Both the position numbers and the translations under genes were made by a program. The notes below the pieces were generated by a model. That model did no database searches and was not told the origin of the DNA. It worked only from the letters and a program-made list of their open reading frames with translations. 48,134 nucleotides of DNA from a virus (Duplodnaviria; Caudoviricetes), in IMG/VR virus record IMGVR_UViG_3300017978_000319, positions 1 to 48,134 of that record. One strand, given 5' to 3'. Shown one piece after another: positions 1 through 10,254 of this stretch. Position 1 is the stretch's first letter; every line of letters begins with the position of its first letter.

Positions 1-55
1 CGGGAACGCCGCAGCCTATGGTCTGAACTTCCGCATGTCGTGGGAGCCTTGGCAC
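1..55. repeat. 55-bp terminal duplication (circular assembly overlap), left copy
   Basis: Identical to 48080-48134; an ORF reads in frame through the join. Confidence 0.95.
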
Positions 56-1063
56 ATCGAGCCTATGGGCGCGCGTGAGGCCATAGCGGCTGGCGGCGCG
101 TCGACCGTATCGGCCCGTGGCACTGGGGTCGCCCCGCGTTCCGCTGGTCCATCGCTGGTCGATCAGCAGATGGCACTGGACGCTATCGCCGATCCGCGCC
201 TGCGCGAGGAGACTGCTCGCCGCCTGAAGATCATCAGCGACCTGCGCGATGCCGACAACAAGGCCCAGTTCGACAGACTGAAGGCCGACGCCTTCGCGAT
301 GATTGACCAAGGCCAGAACCCTGACAGCATGGACCCTCAGGTTCGCGCACAGCTTGGCCGGGAAGAAATGGCAGGTCTCTGGTCGTATTACGAGGCCCGG
401 TCGAAGGGCAACCTGAAGACCGATGAGCGGGTGCTGTACGATCTGCAGACCCAGTACGCCACGGACCCCGACAGGTTCGCGCAGGAAGACCTGTTCGACT
501 ATCGCGGCAAGCTATCCGACGCTGACTGGGAGAAGGTCACCGGGTGGCGTCAGACGGCTCTCACGGACCAGCGGAAGGCTGGCGAGGAGAGCAACGCCAT
601 CATCTCCACCTCTGACTACATGAACCGCCAGCTTGAGGCGGCAGGGATCACCACGACCGACAAGAAGGGCGTGGAGCGCGAGGAGGCTGCGCGCCGTCAG
701 GCCCAGTTCCAGATCGCTCTCCAGCGCGAGGTCGACGCATGGACGCAGGAGAACGGCAAGAGGCCACTGCCGACTGACGTTCAGTCAATGGTCAACCGCC
801 TGCTGCTGCCTGTCGTGATCAGCGAACCGGGCTGGTTCGGAGCGAGCGAGACCCCGGCGCGGATGTTCGAGGTGCCATCACTGGGCAGCATCGGCGACGG
901 CAGAACGGCAGCGATCTTCCAAGACTACGCTGAAATCCCGCAAGCAGATCGCATTCAAATTGAAGTAGCTTTGGAAGCAACCCTCGGGTACAAACCTTCC
1001 GAAGAACAGGTGGAAGCAGAGTATGCGCGCTACCTGAGTTCAGCGATCAGCACGGGACAGTGA
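1..1063 (+). CDS. C-terminal part of internal virion/ejection protein with M15 peptidase domain (gene starts at 46878)
   Basis: In frame with 46878-48134; carries the EPWH end of the peptidase motif; lies just before the giant ejection protein. Confidence 0.85.
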   Translation, partial: GNAAAYGLNFRMSWEPWHIEPMGAREAIAAGGASTVSARGTGVAPRSAGPSLVDQQMALDAIADPRLREETARRLKIISDLRDADNKAQFDRLKADAFAMIDQGQNPDSMDPQVRAQLGREEMAGLWSYYEARSKGNLKTDERVLYDLQTQYATDPDRFAQEDLFDYRGKLSDADWEKVTGWRQTALTDQRKAGEESNAIISTSDYMNRQLEAAGITTTDKKGVEREEAARRQAQFQIALQREVDAWTQENGKRPLPTDVQSMVNRLLLPVVISEPGWFGASETPARMFEVPSLGSIGDGRTAAIFQDYAEIPQADRIQIEVALEATLGYKPSEEQVEAEYARYLSSAISTGQ

Positions 1064-4000
1064 TGGAAACCTACGCCGAATACCTCGCCCGCACTCAAAA
1101 AGAACAGCAGAGCAAGACGGCAGCACAGGCCGGGATCGTGGTCGGCGCGACCGATATGTCGCCAGATCAGGCCGCTGCCGATCTGACGCTGGCACAGGAG
1201 TACGCCCGGTCGACCGGGAAGCAGCAGCCGCCGCTGCCTATGGTCGGTGAGCATCGGTCGGTCTTCCAGCAGGAGATCGAGAACAAGAAGAACTCCACCA
1301 TCCTTGCCGGGAACCCCAAGCTGTCTGAGTGGCTGCGCGATCCGACGAACGCTGCAGTGTCGCGAGACAGTGTCGAGGAACTGTCGTTCTTCGAGCAGTA
1401 TGTCGCCCAGCCGTTCCGCACCACGGCTGAAGAAATCACCATGTCCAACCCGGTTACGCGGGCCATCGCCCGTGACACCGCCCGCATCACCGCCATCGAC
1501 GATGTCATGGCGGGTCAGGGTCGCGCGGCACTCGCAGCCGACATCGGCAAGACCCGCGAGCAGTTGTATCAGGAGCAGCTTGCCAAGCTGGGCGAGAACC
1601 CCGGCCTCGATCAGCAGGGCTGGGCGCTGCGGTACGCGCAGGATCGCTATGACTTCATCTCTGGCCTGTCCGAGGAGGATAAGGGCGAGATGCTCGAGCA
1701 GTCTCGCGTGGCGTTCCAAACCGCCCGCGAGATCATCGACCGGGCGCAGTCTATCCAGATGTCCGAGACGGCATCTCGCTTCCGCGACGTGGGTCTGGCG
1801 AATGCCGAGAACAGCATCGGCGGGTTCTTCAGTGCCGTGGGCGAAGACCCGACCGGGGCCATCGCATTCGTCCTCGAGACCGCCGCAGAGAGCATTCCGT
1901 CCCTTGCCGTTGCGACAGGTGCCACGCTCATCGGCGGTCCAGCGGCTGGCGCTGCTACGATGGGCGTCACCTCTGCGGTCAGGGAAAACGCCACCGAGGT
2001 CGACCAGTTCTTCCGCGAGAAGGGCGTCGACTTCTCCGATCCGCAGGCAGCGTTCGCGATCCTCCAGAACCCCGAGATCATGCGCGAGGCTCAGTCACGC
2101 GGCCTGACGCGCGGCGCGATCATCGGTATCTTCGACGCGATCTCGGGCGGTGTCGCTGGGCAGACCCTGTCGAAGTCGCCCATCGGGAACATGCTGCTGC
2201 AAGGCCTTACGCAGGCCGTCCTCGGATCGGGCGGTGAAGCTGCCGCGCAGGCCGCGAACGGCGACACCCTGTCGTGGGCTGACATCATCATCGAAGGTCT
2301 GGCCGAACTGGCGACCGCGCCTCTCGAGGTTGCTGGCGTCGGCGGTCAGATGTTTGCCGACCGGGCGAAGAAGGCTGACGAGGCTCGCAAGACGCAGGAG
2401 CGCATCACGGGCTTCGTGGATGCCGCCATGCAGGCGAAGGTCCGTGAGCGCGCCCCTGATGCCTTCCGCGACTACCTGACCCGCACCCTCGACGGCAAGG
2501 ACGCCGAGACGATGTACGTCCCGGCTGATCGGTTCACCGAATACTTCCAGTCGGTCGGCATGAACGTCGAGGAGGTCATCGCCCAGCTTGACGGCGTCGA
2601 TCCCAATCAGGTGGCCGAGGCGCTGGCGACCGGGGGCGACATCGCCATCCCGACCGCCACCTTCGCCGCCAAGATCGCCGGGTCAGAGCATGACCAGTTC
2701 CTGCTGCAGAACGCCCGGTTCAACCCGGATGACATGACCTTCGCAGAGGCCGAGGAGTGGGAGGCGACGAAGGCCACCCTTCTCGATGAGGCGATGCAGC
2801 AGGCCGACGTGATCCGCGCGCAGGCCGAGGTCGAGGTGGCCGCAGGGCAGGCCGTGTTCGACACCATGGCCGAGCGCCTGACCCAGTCGGGGCAGGACGC
2901 CACCGTGGCCCGTCAGCAGGCTGCGATCTGGCGTTCGTGGTACGAGACCCGCGCCGCCCGCTCTGGGAAGTCGGTCGCAGAACTTACCGCAGCCATCCCT
3001 CTGCCGGAAGTTCGCGGCCCCGGCCAGCAGCGCCCTCAGGCGCAGGCGCAGGCCGACGTCACCGAGGGTGGCCTGTACGACCAGACTGGCCGTGCGGCTG
3101 TCGACAGCGAACCGTTTAAGCAGTGGTTTGGCAAGTCGGCTGTCGTGGACGATCAGGGTGCGCCTTTGGTTGTTCACCACGGGACGCCCGGTAAGGCCTT
3201 CGACACGTTCAACCCGGATGCGGTCGGCAAGACTTCCGTTCTCGGTATGGCGTTCGACACCAAGCGCCAAGGCTTCTACTTCGCCGAGAAGAAGGGTTTT
3301 GCAGAAGGCTTCGCTGGTCAGGATGGTCGCCGTAGCGGCGAGGTTATGTCCGTCTATCTGTCGATCAACAACCCCCTCGACGTCACCTCCACCGATAACG
3401 TCTCCGTGGCTCGTCTCGACGAAGTCATCGCCAAAGCGATGGAACTCGACCCGGAGATCAACAATCCTGACTTCATGCGCCGATCTGGCTACGACAATTT
3501 CTGGGAACTGCTCGACGACGAGGAGGGCGGCGAGGTCTTCGTCCGTGCGATGAAGGAACTGGGTTACGACGGGATCAAGATGATTGAACCCGACATGGAG
3601 ACCTTCGACCGGGACTATGTCCCCGACGACACCGGGGCTGTTACTTGGGTCGCCTTCGACCCCACCCAGATCAAGTCGGTCAACAACCGTGGCACCTTTG
3701 ACCGCTCCAGCCCCAACATCCTCGAGCAGGACGGGGTGCCTCTGTTCGACCGCCCGCTGACCATCGACGGCAAGGTGACGATCCGCGCTGTGGGTGAGGC
3801 GATGACAGCCGACCACATGGCAAAGCATGGCCGTCAGTTCTTCCCTGAAGACAGCGAGGAGGACTATAAGGCCGTTCTGTCGTGGGCCGCTGGCGAGGTG
3901 GCCACCCAGCTTCAACACCCGAACAGCGGTGTGGGCTGGTACTCGGCTGACGTCCAGCTTTCCATGGAACTGGCAGCGCAGGTCTACCCGACGCTCGCCA

Positions 4001-7000
4001 CCAACCCGACCCACCGCGATCTCTACCTCGTCTTCGCTGGCCTGTTCTCGAATGGGGCCGAGCCTGAAGGCGCATTCATGAACTCGGCAGAGGCGTTCGA
4101 GACCTTCCTCGCGACCGGGGAAATCCCAGTCAACCGTGCTGAGGCATTCCGCGCCCGTGGCGAGGAACCGAGGCAGACCAGCTACAAGGACCGCACCACC
4201 GGGGAGCAGGTCAACAAGGACGCAGGCTGGGGTATCCGCAACCCGGCCAACGAGCAGCAGCTTGCCTTCGTCAAGTACATCTTCGAGCGCGAGGGTGGTG
4301 TCGACGCTGGCATCAACTGGCTGCGGTCGAAACAGCCGCGCACCGAGATCAACCGGGCGATGACCGAGAGCGGCCTGTACAAGGCTGGCCGCTACACCAC
4401 AAAGGCCGAGATCGCTGGCGATGATGCCTACGGGATCATGGCGTTCGGCGAGAAGCTGGGCCGCTACACGATGGGCCTGCATGGCGTCGATATCGACGCT
4501 GGCGACACAACCATCGACCTCTGGTATTCTCGGACCTACCGCCGCCTGACGGGCCGTCTTCTCGAGACCCCAATCGGCGCGGAGGGCGTCGTCAGCGGGC
4601 CGACCGATCAGGATCGGAAGGTGATCTTCCGCATGACGGGCGATCTGGTGAAGCAGTTCGATCTGCCTGCCGGGGACATTCAGGCGGTCCTCTGGTTCTG
4701 GGAGAAGCGCCTTTGGGGCGCACAGGGTGTACGCACAAGCGAAGGGACAAACTCCAGTGGCGCGAGAAAACTCCTCAGGGCCAAAGGCCTCGATGACGGA
4801 ACGGGAAGCGATGGACAGGGTGACGGCGCTGGCGGGCAAGCTGCGGGCCGAGAGTACGCCCAAGCCGGATACGGAGACGGAGCAGGACGGTATTCGGGCG
4901 GAGGCCTTGCGCCGCTCGCGGGTGCGCCGACTGTCGAAGGGGCAAGCGGACCCGACCCCCGGCTCGTCGCAGTAGCCGAGAAGTACGCTGCCGACAACGG
5001 CATCCCGCTTCAGCGGCAGGCGACGTTCGTCGAGGTTGACGCTGAACGCGCCACCCGGATCGCCGCCGCCTATGATGCGATGGAGCATGCGCCGAACGAC
5101 CCCCGCGTGAAGGAGGCGTTCGAGAACCTGATCGAGCAGACGAAAGCCCAGTATCAGGCCCTCGCCGATGCCGGGTACCAGTTCTTCTTCATCGACCCAG
5201 AGAATGACCTGTACGAGGGCAACCCGTGGAACGCCATGCGCGACCTGCGGGCCAACCAGCGGATGGCCGTGTTCCCGACCGAGGCCGGGTTCGGATCGGG
5301 AGCGACCGACACCGACATCTCGGGCAACCCCATGGAAGTCGATACCGGGCTGGAGTGGGCCTTCGGTGCGCCTGACGGGCCGAAGAAGCGCGTCCTTGCC
5401 AACGACCTGTTCCGCGCCGTCCACGACGCATTCGGCCACGGGTTGGAAGGCGCTGGCTTCCGTGCGCGTGGCGAGGAGAATGCATGGCAGGCGCACGTCC
5501 GTCTTTTCACGGGCAGTGCTGTTGCGGCAATCACAACGGAAACACGCGGCCAGAATAGCTGGCTGAACTATGGACCCCACGGCGAGACCAACCGCAACGC
5601 CAAGGTCGAGGACACCGTGTTCGCCGATCAGAAGACCGGGCTGCTGCCCGAGTGGGCGTGGCTGGAAGGCCGCGCGCTGGACGAAGCGCCTGTCGTCGAC
5701 GAGCGCGGCCACCGCTACATCGAAGATCGCCCGCAGCTTCCCATCGGCTCTGACGGGCTGGTGGAACTGACGCACTGGTCGAGCGAGCAGCGCGACGTGA
5801 TCGACCCGAAGATGGGCGGCACAGGGCCTCTGGTGGGGCCGGATCGCCGCGCCATGCGGAAGTGGTCGTTCTTCGGGATCGACGCCCGCACCAGCCGCTC
5901 GCAGCCGGGGCGCGGGTACATCAAGGAGAACGGGCTGGGGAACTGGCGGCACACGGTCAAGGTCGACCCGGCCCGCCTGTATCCGTGGTACGAAGACCCT
6001 GACGGCATCAAGGAGCGCATGCCGCGCACCAGCCGCTACAACGTCGACGCCTATGCCGCCGCGATCCAGAAGGCTGGGTACCTCGGCCACTATGTCACGG
6101 ACGATGGCGAAGGCTCTGCGGTGCATGGGCTGGCTGCTGCTATCTACGAGCCTCTCCCGGTCGACCGGGCGAGCGAGGATGCTCAGATGAGCGAGGCCGA
6201 TCAGGCCCGCCCGACCCTCCTGTTCCAGAATAGCCGTGGCTCGATCATGTTCCCCTCAGGCGGAATGGCCAAGGGCGAGACGATCATCAACCTGTTCAAG
6301 GCCGCAGACCTCTCCACCTTCATGCATGAGAGCGGCCACTTCTTCCTGACCGCGCTGCAGGAGATGGCAGCGAAGGGCGACACCTCCGCACAGCAGGAGT
6401 TCGACACCATCAAGGCGTGGTGGTCTTCAAACGCCGCCGATGTTGCGAAAGACGCATCGCGCGTCACGGGTGTTGCGGTTACGGCAGAGGACGTCACCCG
6501 CGCCATCACCCTCGGCTCCAGCGGCAACCCAGCCAAGGACATCGCCATCGACGTGGGGATGCAGGAGCAGTGGGCGCGGGCCTTCGAGACGTACCTGATG
6601 GAGGGTAAGGCCCCATCGGTCGAACTGCGCGGTGCCTTCGAGCGGTTCGCCGACTGGCTGAAGTCCGTCTACAAGAGCCTGACCAGCCTGAACGTGAAGG
6701 TCTCGCCGGAACTGAAAGGCGTGTTCGACCGCATGCTCGCGACCGATCAGCAGATCGAGGCAGCGAAGAAGAAGGAGGCCGACCTCGGGCCGCTGTTCAA
6801 GACCGCTGCCGAGATGGGCCTGAGCGACGAGGAGTACGAGAAGTACAAGGCGCTGGCACAGCAAGCCGAGGACGAGGCGACCGGGAAGCTGAGGGCCGAG
6901 ATCATGGCCCCGATCCAGCGCGCACAGCAGCAGTGGTGGCGCGACGAGCGGGCCAAGCTGGTGGAGAGCCTGACCGCTGAGAAGCAGAAGCAGCCGATCT

Positions 7001-10000
7001 ACCGGGCCATTCAGGAGATGCGGTTCGGGCAGACGTTCGAGGGTGACGAGACCCCCGGCATCAAGCTGAACCGCAAGGCGCTGGAGGACGGCTACGGGGC
7101 CGACATCCTCGCTCGCCTGCCGGGTGCGCCCAAGACCGGGAAAGGCCACCGCTGGGCCGTCTATGCGACAGGGGAGGGTGGCATGCACCCTGACGTCGTC
7201 GCCGAGATGTACGGCTTCGGCAATGGCCGGGAACTGGTCGAGGCGCTGACCACCACACCGAAGCTGGACGACGCCGTGGAGGCCGAGGCCGACGCGCTGA
7301 TGACGCAGCGCCACGGGGACATCCTCCTCGACGGCAAGGCGGCGCAGGCAGCGATGGACGCCATCAAAGGCGACAAGAAGGCCCGCCTGATCTCCATGGA
7401 ACTGGCCGCGCTGAACGCCAAGCTGGAAGGCGACAGGGGTCTGCGCCGCAGCCTGCTGTTCCCGAAGGTCAGCCAGTTCCGCGAGATGGCTCGCCGCACC
7501 CTCGACCGCATGGTGATCAAGGACGCCCGCGCCGCCCAGCGGTACGTGGCAGCATCGCGCAAGGCATCGGACGACGCCTATAAGGCTCTGGCCAAGGGCG
7601 ACATCCGCACCGCTGCCGAGGCCAAGCGCCGCCACCTCCTGAGCCACATGATGTACATGGAGGCGCGCAAGATCGACGCCGAGGTCGAGAAGCTGGTGAA
7701 CCGCCTGTCGCGCCTGAACCGGGCCGACAGCACTCAGGCACGCGGGGTCGACGTCGATCACATCCGCGCCGCCCGCGCCATCGCTGCGAAGTTCGGTCTG
7801 GCCAACGGTGACAGCCAGTTCGACTTCGACGCATGGAGCGCCCAGCTTCAGCAGGACGACCCGGCCACCTATGCCGCCCTGAGCCACGCGATCCAGACCT
7901 ATACCCAGAACGCGAAGCCCTTCAAGGCGCTGACCGTGGGCGAGTTCCGCGCCGTGGCCGATGCCGTGGCCAACCTCGTCTCGCTCGGCAAGACGGCTCG
8001 GACGCTGGAGATCGAGGGTCAGCAGATGGCCAAGGACCAGATCATCGCCGAACTGTCGGACGTGCTGGCCCAGCGCGGCCTGAAGCAGAACCCGGCCCTG
8101 AAGGCTCGCCTGACTGCAGCCCAGCGTATGGGCAAGTCGGCCCTGTCGATGCTCTCGGCCTTGCGCCGGGTGGAGGCATGGGCGCGCGACATGGACGATG
8201 GTGATCAGGGGCCGTTCACCCGGTATCTGGTGCGCCCGGTCATGGACGCCCTCGGGGTCTACCGCGACGAGAAGGCCAAGCGCCTCGACCAGATGCTGGC
8301 GATCCTGAACCCGCGCCGGAAAGACCTGCTCTCGGGTGGCTCCATCGCTGCGCCGGAACTGGGATACACCTTCGAGACCAAGGCAGAACTGATCCACGCG
8401 ATCCTCCACACCGGGAACGAGAGCAACAAGGAGAAGCTGCTGATGGGCCGTGGCTGGTCCACCGGGCTGATCAATCAGCAGCAGAAGACCACGCCGACAG
8501 GGAAGCCCAGCGTCGACCGCAAGGGCCAGCCGATCATGGATCGCGGCACGGTCGACACGTCGAAGTGGGACGTCTTCATCACCCGGATGGTGAAAGAGGG
8601 CAAGCTGACCAAGGAAGACTTCGACATGGCCCAGTCGATCTGGGACTTGATGGAGGAACTGAAGCGCCCCGCCCAGACGGCGCACCGCAAGATGTTCGGG
8701 TTCTACTTCGGCGAGGTCGAGGCCAGCCCGGTCGTCACCCCGTTCGGCACCTACCGTGGTGGGTACGTTCCAGCCATTGCCGATCAGGATGCGTCGAACG
8801 ACGGCCAGATCAGGGCCGACCAGAACGCCCTCGAGATGCAGCAGACCTCGTTCATGTTCCCGACCACTGGCTCCGGGTTCACCAAGGCGCGCGTGGAGCA
8901 GTACCGCACCCCGCTCGCCCTCGACCTGATGCTGCTTCCGGCGCACATGGACAAGGTGCTGCGGTTCACCCACGTCGAACCGACGATCCGCCAGACGGCT
9001 GGGATCATCACCGCCCGCGACATGCGCGAGGCGATGGACACCTACGACCAGTCCCTGATCGCATCCATGCTGACCCCGTGGCTGCAGCGCACCGCCCAGC
9101 AGGCCGTCGAGCAGCGGGCCACCACGCCTGCCGGGAGAGCCTTCTCGAACATCGCCCGCGAACTGCGGCGTCGGGTGGGCATCCACACCATGTTCATGAA
9201 CGTGGTCAACACCGCGCAGCAGATCACCGGGTTCTCGACCGCCATGGTCCTCGTCAAGCCCTACCGCATGTCTGCGGCTCTGGCCCGGTACACGGCTGGC
9301 GGCGCGTTCTCGATGCGGGCCGAGGCTATGGCGCAGTCGGCCTTCATGCGCGAGCGGGTGGGCAATGCTGCCCGCGAGACGCAGCGCCGCATTCAGGAGG
9401 CCGTGGTGAAGCCCACGATCCCATCCGAGATGCGCGCCCTGATCGACAAGCACGGGTACGTCCTGCAGCAGTTCACCCAGAACATCATGGACGTGATGAT
9501 CTGGCATGCCGCCTATGATCAGGCCATCGCCAAGAGGATGTCCGAGGCCGACGCGGTCTTCGAAGCTGACAGCGTGGTGCGCCGCACTATCGGTGACTTC
9601 GCCCCGGAGAACCTGTCCCTGTTCGAGACTGGCAACGCCTTCACTCGCCTGTTCACGATGTTCTACTCGTACTTCAACGGGCAGGCCAACCTCGTCGGCG
9701 GCGAGATGAAGACCGCCATGCGGACCATGGGCTGGCGCGGATCGCCCCGGATGTTCTGGGTCTACCTGATGGGGATCGCGGCCCCGGCCATCATCGCCGA
9801 CCTGATCGTCCGTGGCTTCCAAGGCGATTTGGAAGACGAGGATGACGACGGGTATGCGGACGAGATCGCAGCCATCACCCTCGGATCGCAGGGCCGATAC
9901 ATCACGGCGATGGTCCCGGTTGCTGGTCAGGTCACCATGGCGATGATGAACCGCTTCAACGACATGGTCTACGACGACCGCCTGTCGACATCGCCTGTGG

Positions 10001-10248
10001 TCTCCACGGTCGAGCGGGCGTCTGGTGCGCCTGCTTCCATCGCCAAGGCTGTGCAGACCGGGGAAGGCGAGCGCCGCGCTGTGATGGACGGCCTGACCCT
10101 TTTGGCGCTGATCACGGGCATCCCCATGGGCCAGCTTGCCAAGATGACCGGGTACGCGATGGACGTCTCGAGCGGCGATGCCCAGCCGCAGGGGCCTGCC
10201 GACGTGGTGCAGGGCCTGACCTCAGGCAAGGACGGGACCAAGCAATGA
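1060..10248 (+). CDS. Giant polyvalent internal virion (ejection) protein, 3062 aa
   Basis: Occupies the T7 gp16-equivalent slot. ART-like motifs (FKQWFGKS..VVHHGT..GFYFA..GYDGI..FDPTQIKS), glycosylase-like region (GWY..TIDLW..IQAVLW), FRAVHDxxGH domain, zincin-type HESGH..QEQWA. Confidence 0.85.
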   Translation: MMETYAEYLARTQKEQQSKTAAQAGIVVGATDMSPDQAAADLTLAQEYARSTGKQQPPLPMVGEHRSVFQQEIENKKNSTILAGNPKLSEWLRDPTNAAVSRDSVEELSFFEQYVAQPFRTTAEEITMSNPVTRAIARDTARITAIDDVMAGQGRAALAADIGKTREQLYQEQLAKLGENPGLDQQGWALRYAQDRYDFISGLSEEDKGEMLEQSRVAFQTAREIIDRAQSIQMSETASRFRDVGLANAENSIGGFFSAVGEDPTGAIAFVLETAAESIPSLAVATGATLIGGPAAGAATMGVTSAVRENATEVDQFFREKGVDFSDPQAAFAILQNPEIMREAQSRGLTRGAIIGIFDAISGGVAGQTLSKSPIGNMLLQGLTQAVLGSGGEAAAQAANGDTLSWADIIIEGLAELATAPLEVAGVGGQMFADRAKKADEARKTQERITGFVDAAMQAKVRERAPDAFRDYLTRTLDGKDAETMYVPADRFTEYFQSVGMNVEEVIAQLDGVDPNQVAEALATGGDIAIPTATFAAKIAGSEHDQFLLQNARFNPDDMTFAEAEEWEATKATLLDEAMQQADVIRAQAEVEVAAGQAVFDTMAERLTQSGQDATVARQQAAIWRSWYETRAARSGKSVAELTAAIPLPEVRGPGQQRPQAQAQADVTEGGLYDQTGRAAVDSEPFKQWFGKSAVVDDQGAPLVVHHGTPGKAFDTFNPDAVGKTSVLGMAFDTKRQGFYFAEKKGFAEGFAGQDGRRSGEVMSVYLSINNPLDVTSTDNVSVARLDEVIAKAMELDPEINNPDFMRRSGYDNFWELLDDEEGGEVFVRAMKELGYDGIKMIEPDMETFDRDYVPDDTGAVTWVAFDPTQIKSVNNRGTFDRSSPNILEQDGVPLFDRPLTIDGKVTIRAVGEAMTADHMAKHGRQFFPEDSEEDYKAVLSWAAGEVATQLQHPNSGVGWYSADVQLSMELAAQVYPTLATNPTHRDLYLVFAGLFSNGAEPEGAFMNSAEAFETFLATGEIPVNRAEAFRARGEEPRQTSYKDRTTGEQVNKDAGWGIRNPANEQQLAFVKYIFEREGGVDAGINWLRSKQPRTEINRAMTESGLYKAGRYTTKAEIAGDDAYGIMAFGEKLGRYTMGLHGVDIDAGDTTIDLWYSRTYRRLTGRLLETPIGAEGVVSGPTDQDRKVIFRMTGDLVKQFDLPAGDIQAVLWFWEKRLWGAQGVRTSEGTNSSGARKLLRAKGLDDGTGSDGQGDGAGGQAAGREYAQAGYGDGAGRYSGGGLAPLAGAPTVEGASGPDPRLVAVAEKYAADNGIPLQRQATFVEVDAERATRIAAAYDAMEHAPNDPRVKEAFENLIEQTKAQYQALADAGYQFFFIDPENDLYEGNPWNAMRDLRANQRMAVFPTEAGFGSGATDTDISGNPMEVDTGLEWAFGAPDGPKKRVLANDLFRAVHDAFGHGLEGAGFRARGEENAWQAHVRLFTGSAVAAITTETRGQNSWLNYGPHGETNRNAKVEDTVFADQKTGLLPEWAWLEGRALDEAPVVDERGHRYIEDRPQLPIGSDGLVELTHWSSEQRDVIDPKMGGTGPLVGPDRRAMRKWSFFGIDARTSRSQPGRGYIKENGLGNWRHTVKVDPARLYPWYEDPDGIKERMPRTSRYNVDAYAAAIQKAGYLGHYVTDDGEGSAVHGLAAAIYEPLPVDRASEDAQMSEADQARPTLLFQNSRGSIMFPSGGMAKGETIINLFKAADLSTFMHESGHFFLTALQEMAAKGDTSAQQEFDTIKAWWSSNAADVAKDASRVTGVAVTAEDVTRAITLGSSGNPAKDIAIDVGMQEQWARAFETYLMEGKAPSVELRGAFERFADWLKSVYKSLTSLNVKVSPELKGVFDRMLATDQQIEAAKKKEADLGPLFKTAAEMGLSDEEYEKYKALAQQAEDEATGKLRAEIMAPIQRAQQQWWRDERAKLVESLTAEKQKQPIYRAIQEMRFGQTFEGDETPGIKLNRKALEDGYGADILARLPGAPKTGKGHRWAVYATGEGGMHPDVVAEMYGFGNGRELVEALTTTPKLDDAVEAEADALMTQRHGDILLDGKAAQAAMDAIKGDKKARLISMELAALNAKLEGDRGLRRSLLFPKVSQFREMARRTLDRMVIKDARAAQRYVAASRKASDDAYKALAKGDIRTAAEAKRRHLLSHMMYMEARKIDAEVEKLVNRLSRLNRADSTQARGVDVDHIRAARAIAAKFGLANGDSQFDFDAWSAQLQQDDPATYAALSHAIQTYTQNAKPFKALTVGEFRAVADAVANLVSLGKTARTLEIEGQQMAKDQIIAELSDVLAQRGLKQNPALKARLTAAQRMGKSALSMLSALRRVEAWARDMDDGDQGPFTRYLVRPVMDALGVYRDEKAKRLDQMLAILNPRRKDLLSGGSIAAPELGYTFETKAELIHAILHTGNESNKEKLLMGRGWSTGLINQQQKTTPTGKPSVDRKGQPIMDRGTVDTSKWDVFITRMVKEGKLTKEDFDMAQSIWDLMEELKRPAQTAHRKMFGFYFGEVEASPVVTPFGTYRGGYVPAIADQDASNDGQIRADQNALEMQQTSFMFPTTGSGFTKARVEQYRTPLALDLMLLPAHMDKVLRFTHVEPTIRQTAGIITARDMREAMDTYDQSLIASMLTPWLQRTAQQAVEQRATTPAGRAFSNIARELRRRVGIHTMFMNVVNTAQQITGFSTAMVLVKPYRMSAALARYTAGGAFSMRAEAMAQSAFMRERVGNAARETQRRIQEAVVKPTIPSEMRALIDKHGYVLQQFTQNIMDVMIWHAAYDQAIAKRMSEADAVFEADSVVRRTIGDFAPENLSLFETGNAFTRLFTMFYSYFNGQANLVGGEMKTAMRTMGWRGSPRMFWVYLMGIAAPAIIADLIVRGFQGDLEDEDDDGYADEIAAITLGSQGRYITAMVPVAGQVTMAMMNRFNDMVYDDRLSTSPVVSTVERASGAPASIAKAVQTGEGERRAVMDGLTLLALITGIPMGQLAKMTGYAMDVSSGDAQPQGPADVVQGLTSGKDGTKQ
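4793..4975 (+). CDS. Nested 60-aa ORF in the +1 frame inside the giant protein gene
   Basis: 52 of 60 codons end in G/C, while the host frame here is full of rare GGA and A/T-ending codons; A-rich leader with AAGG before the ATG. Confidence 0.6.
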   Translation: MTEREAMDRVTALAGKLRAESTPKPDTETEQDGIRAEALRRSRVRRLSKGQADPTPGSSQ

Positions 10249-10254
10249 CAAGAC

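Noticed and set aside
1-55. Terminal repeat as a biological direct terminal repeat
   Set aside because: Exactly 55 nt and in the middle of a gene; best explained as assembler k-mer overlap
900-1060. A-rich codon shift at the end of the first ORF as another nested gene
   Set aside because: No convincing alternative-frame ORF; may be an initiation or promoter region for the giant gene
2683-9822. Very long minus-strand ORFs (2683-6126, 6427-9822; also 35720-38056)
   Set aside because: Antisense shadows of high-GC3 genes, with no motifs or initiation signals
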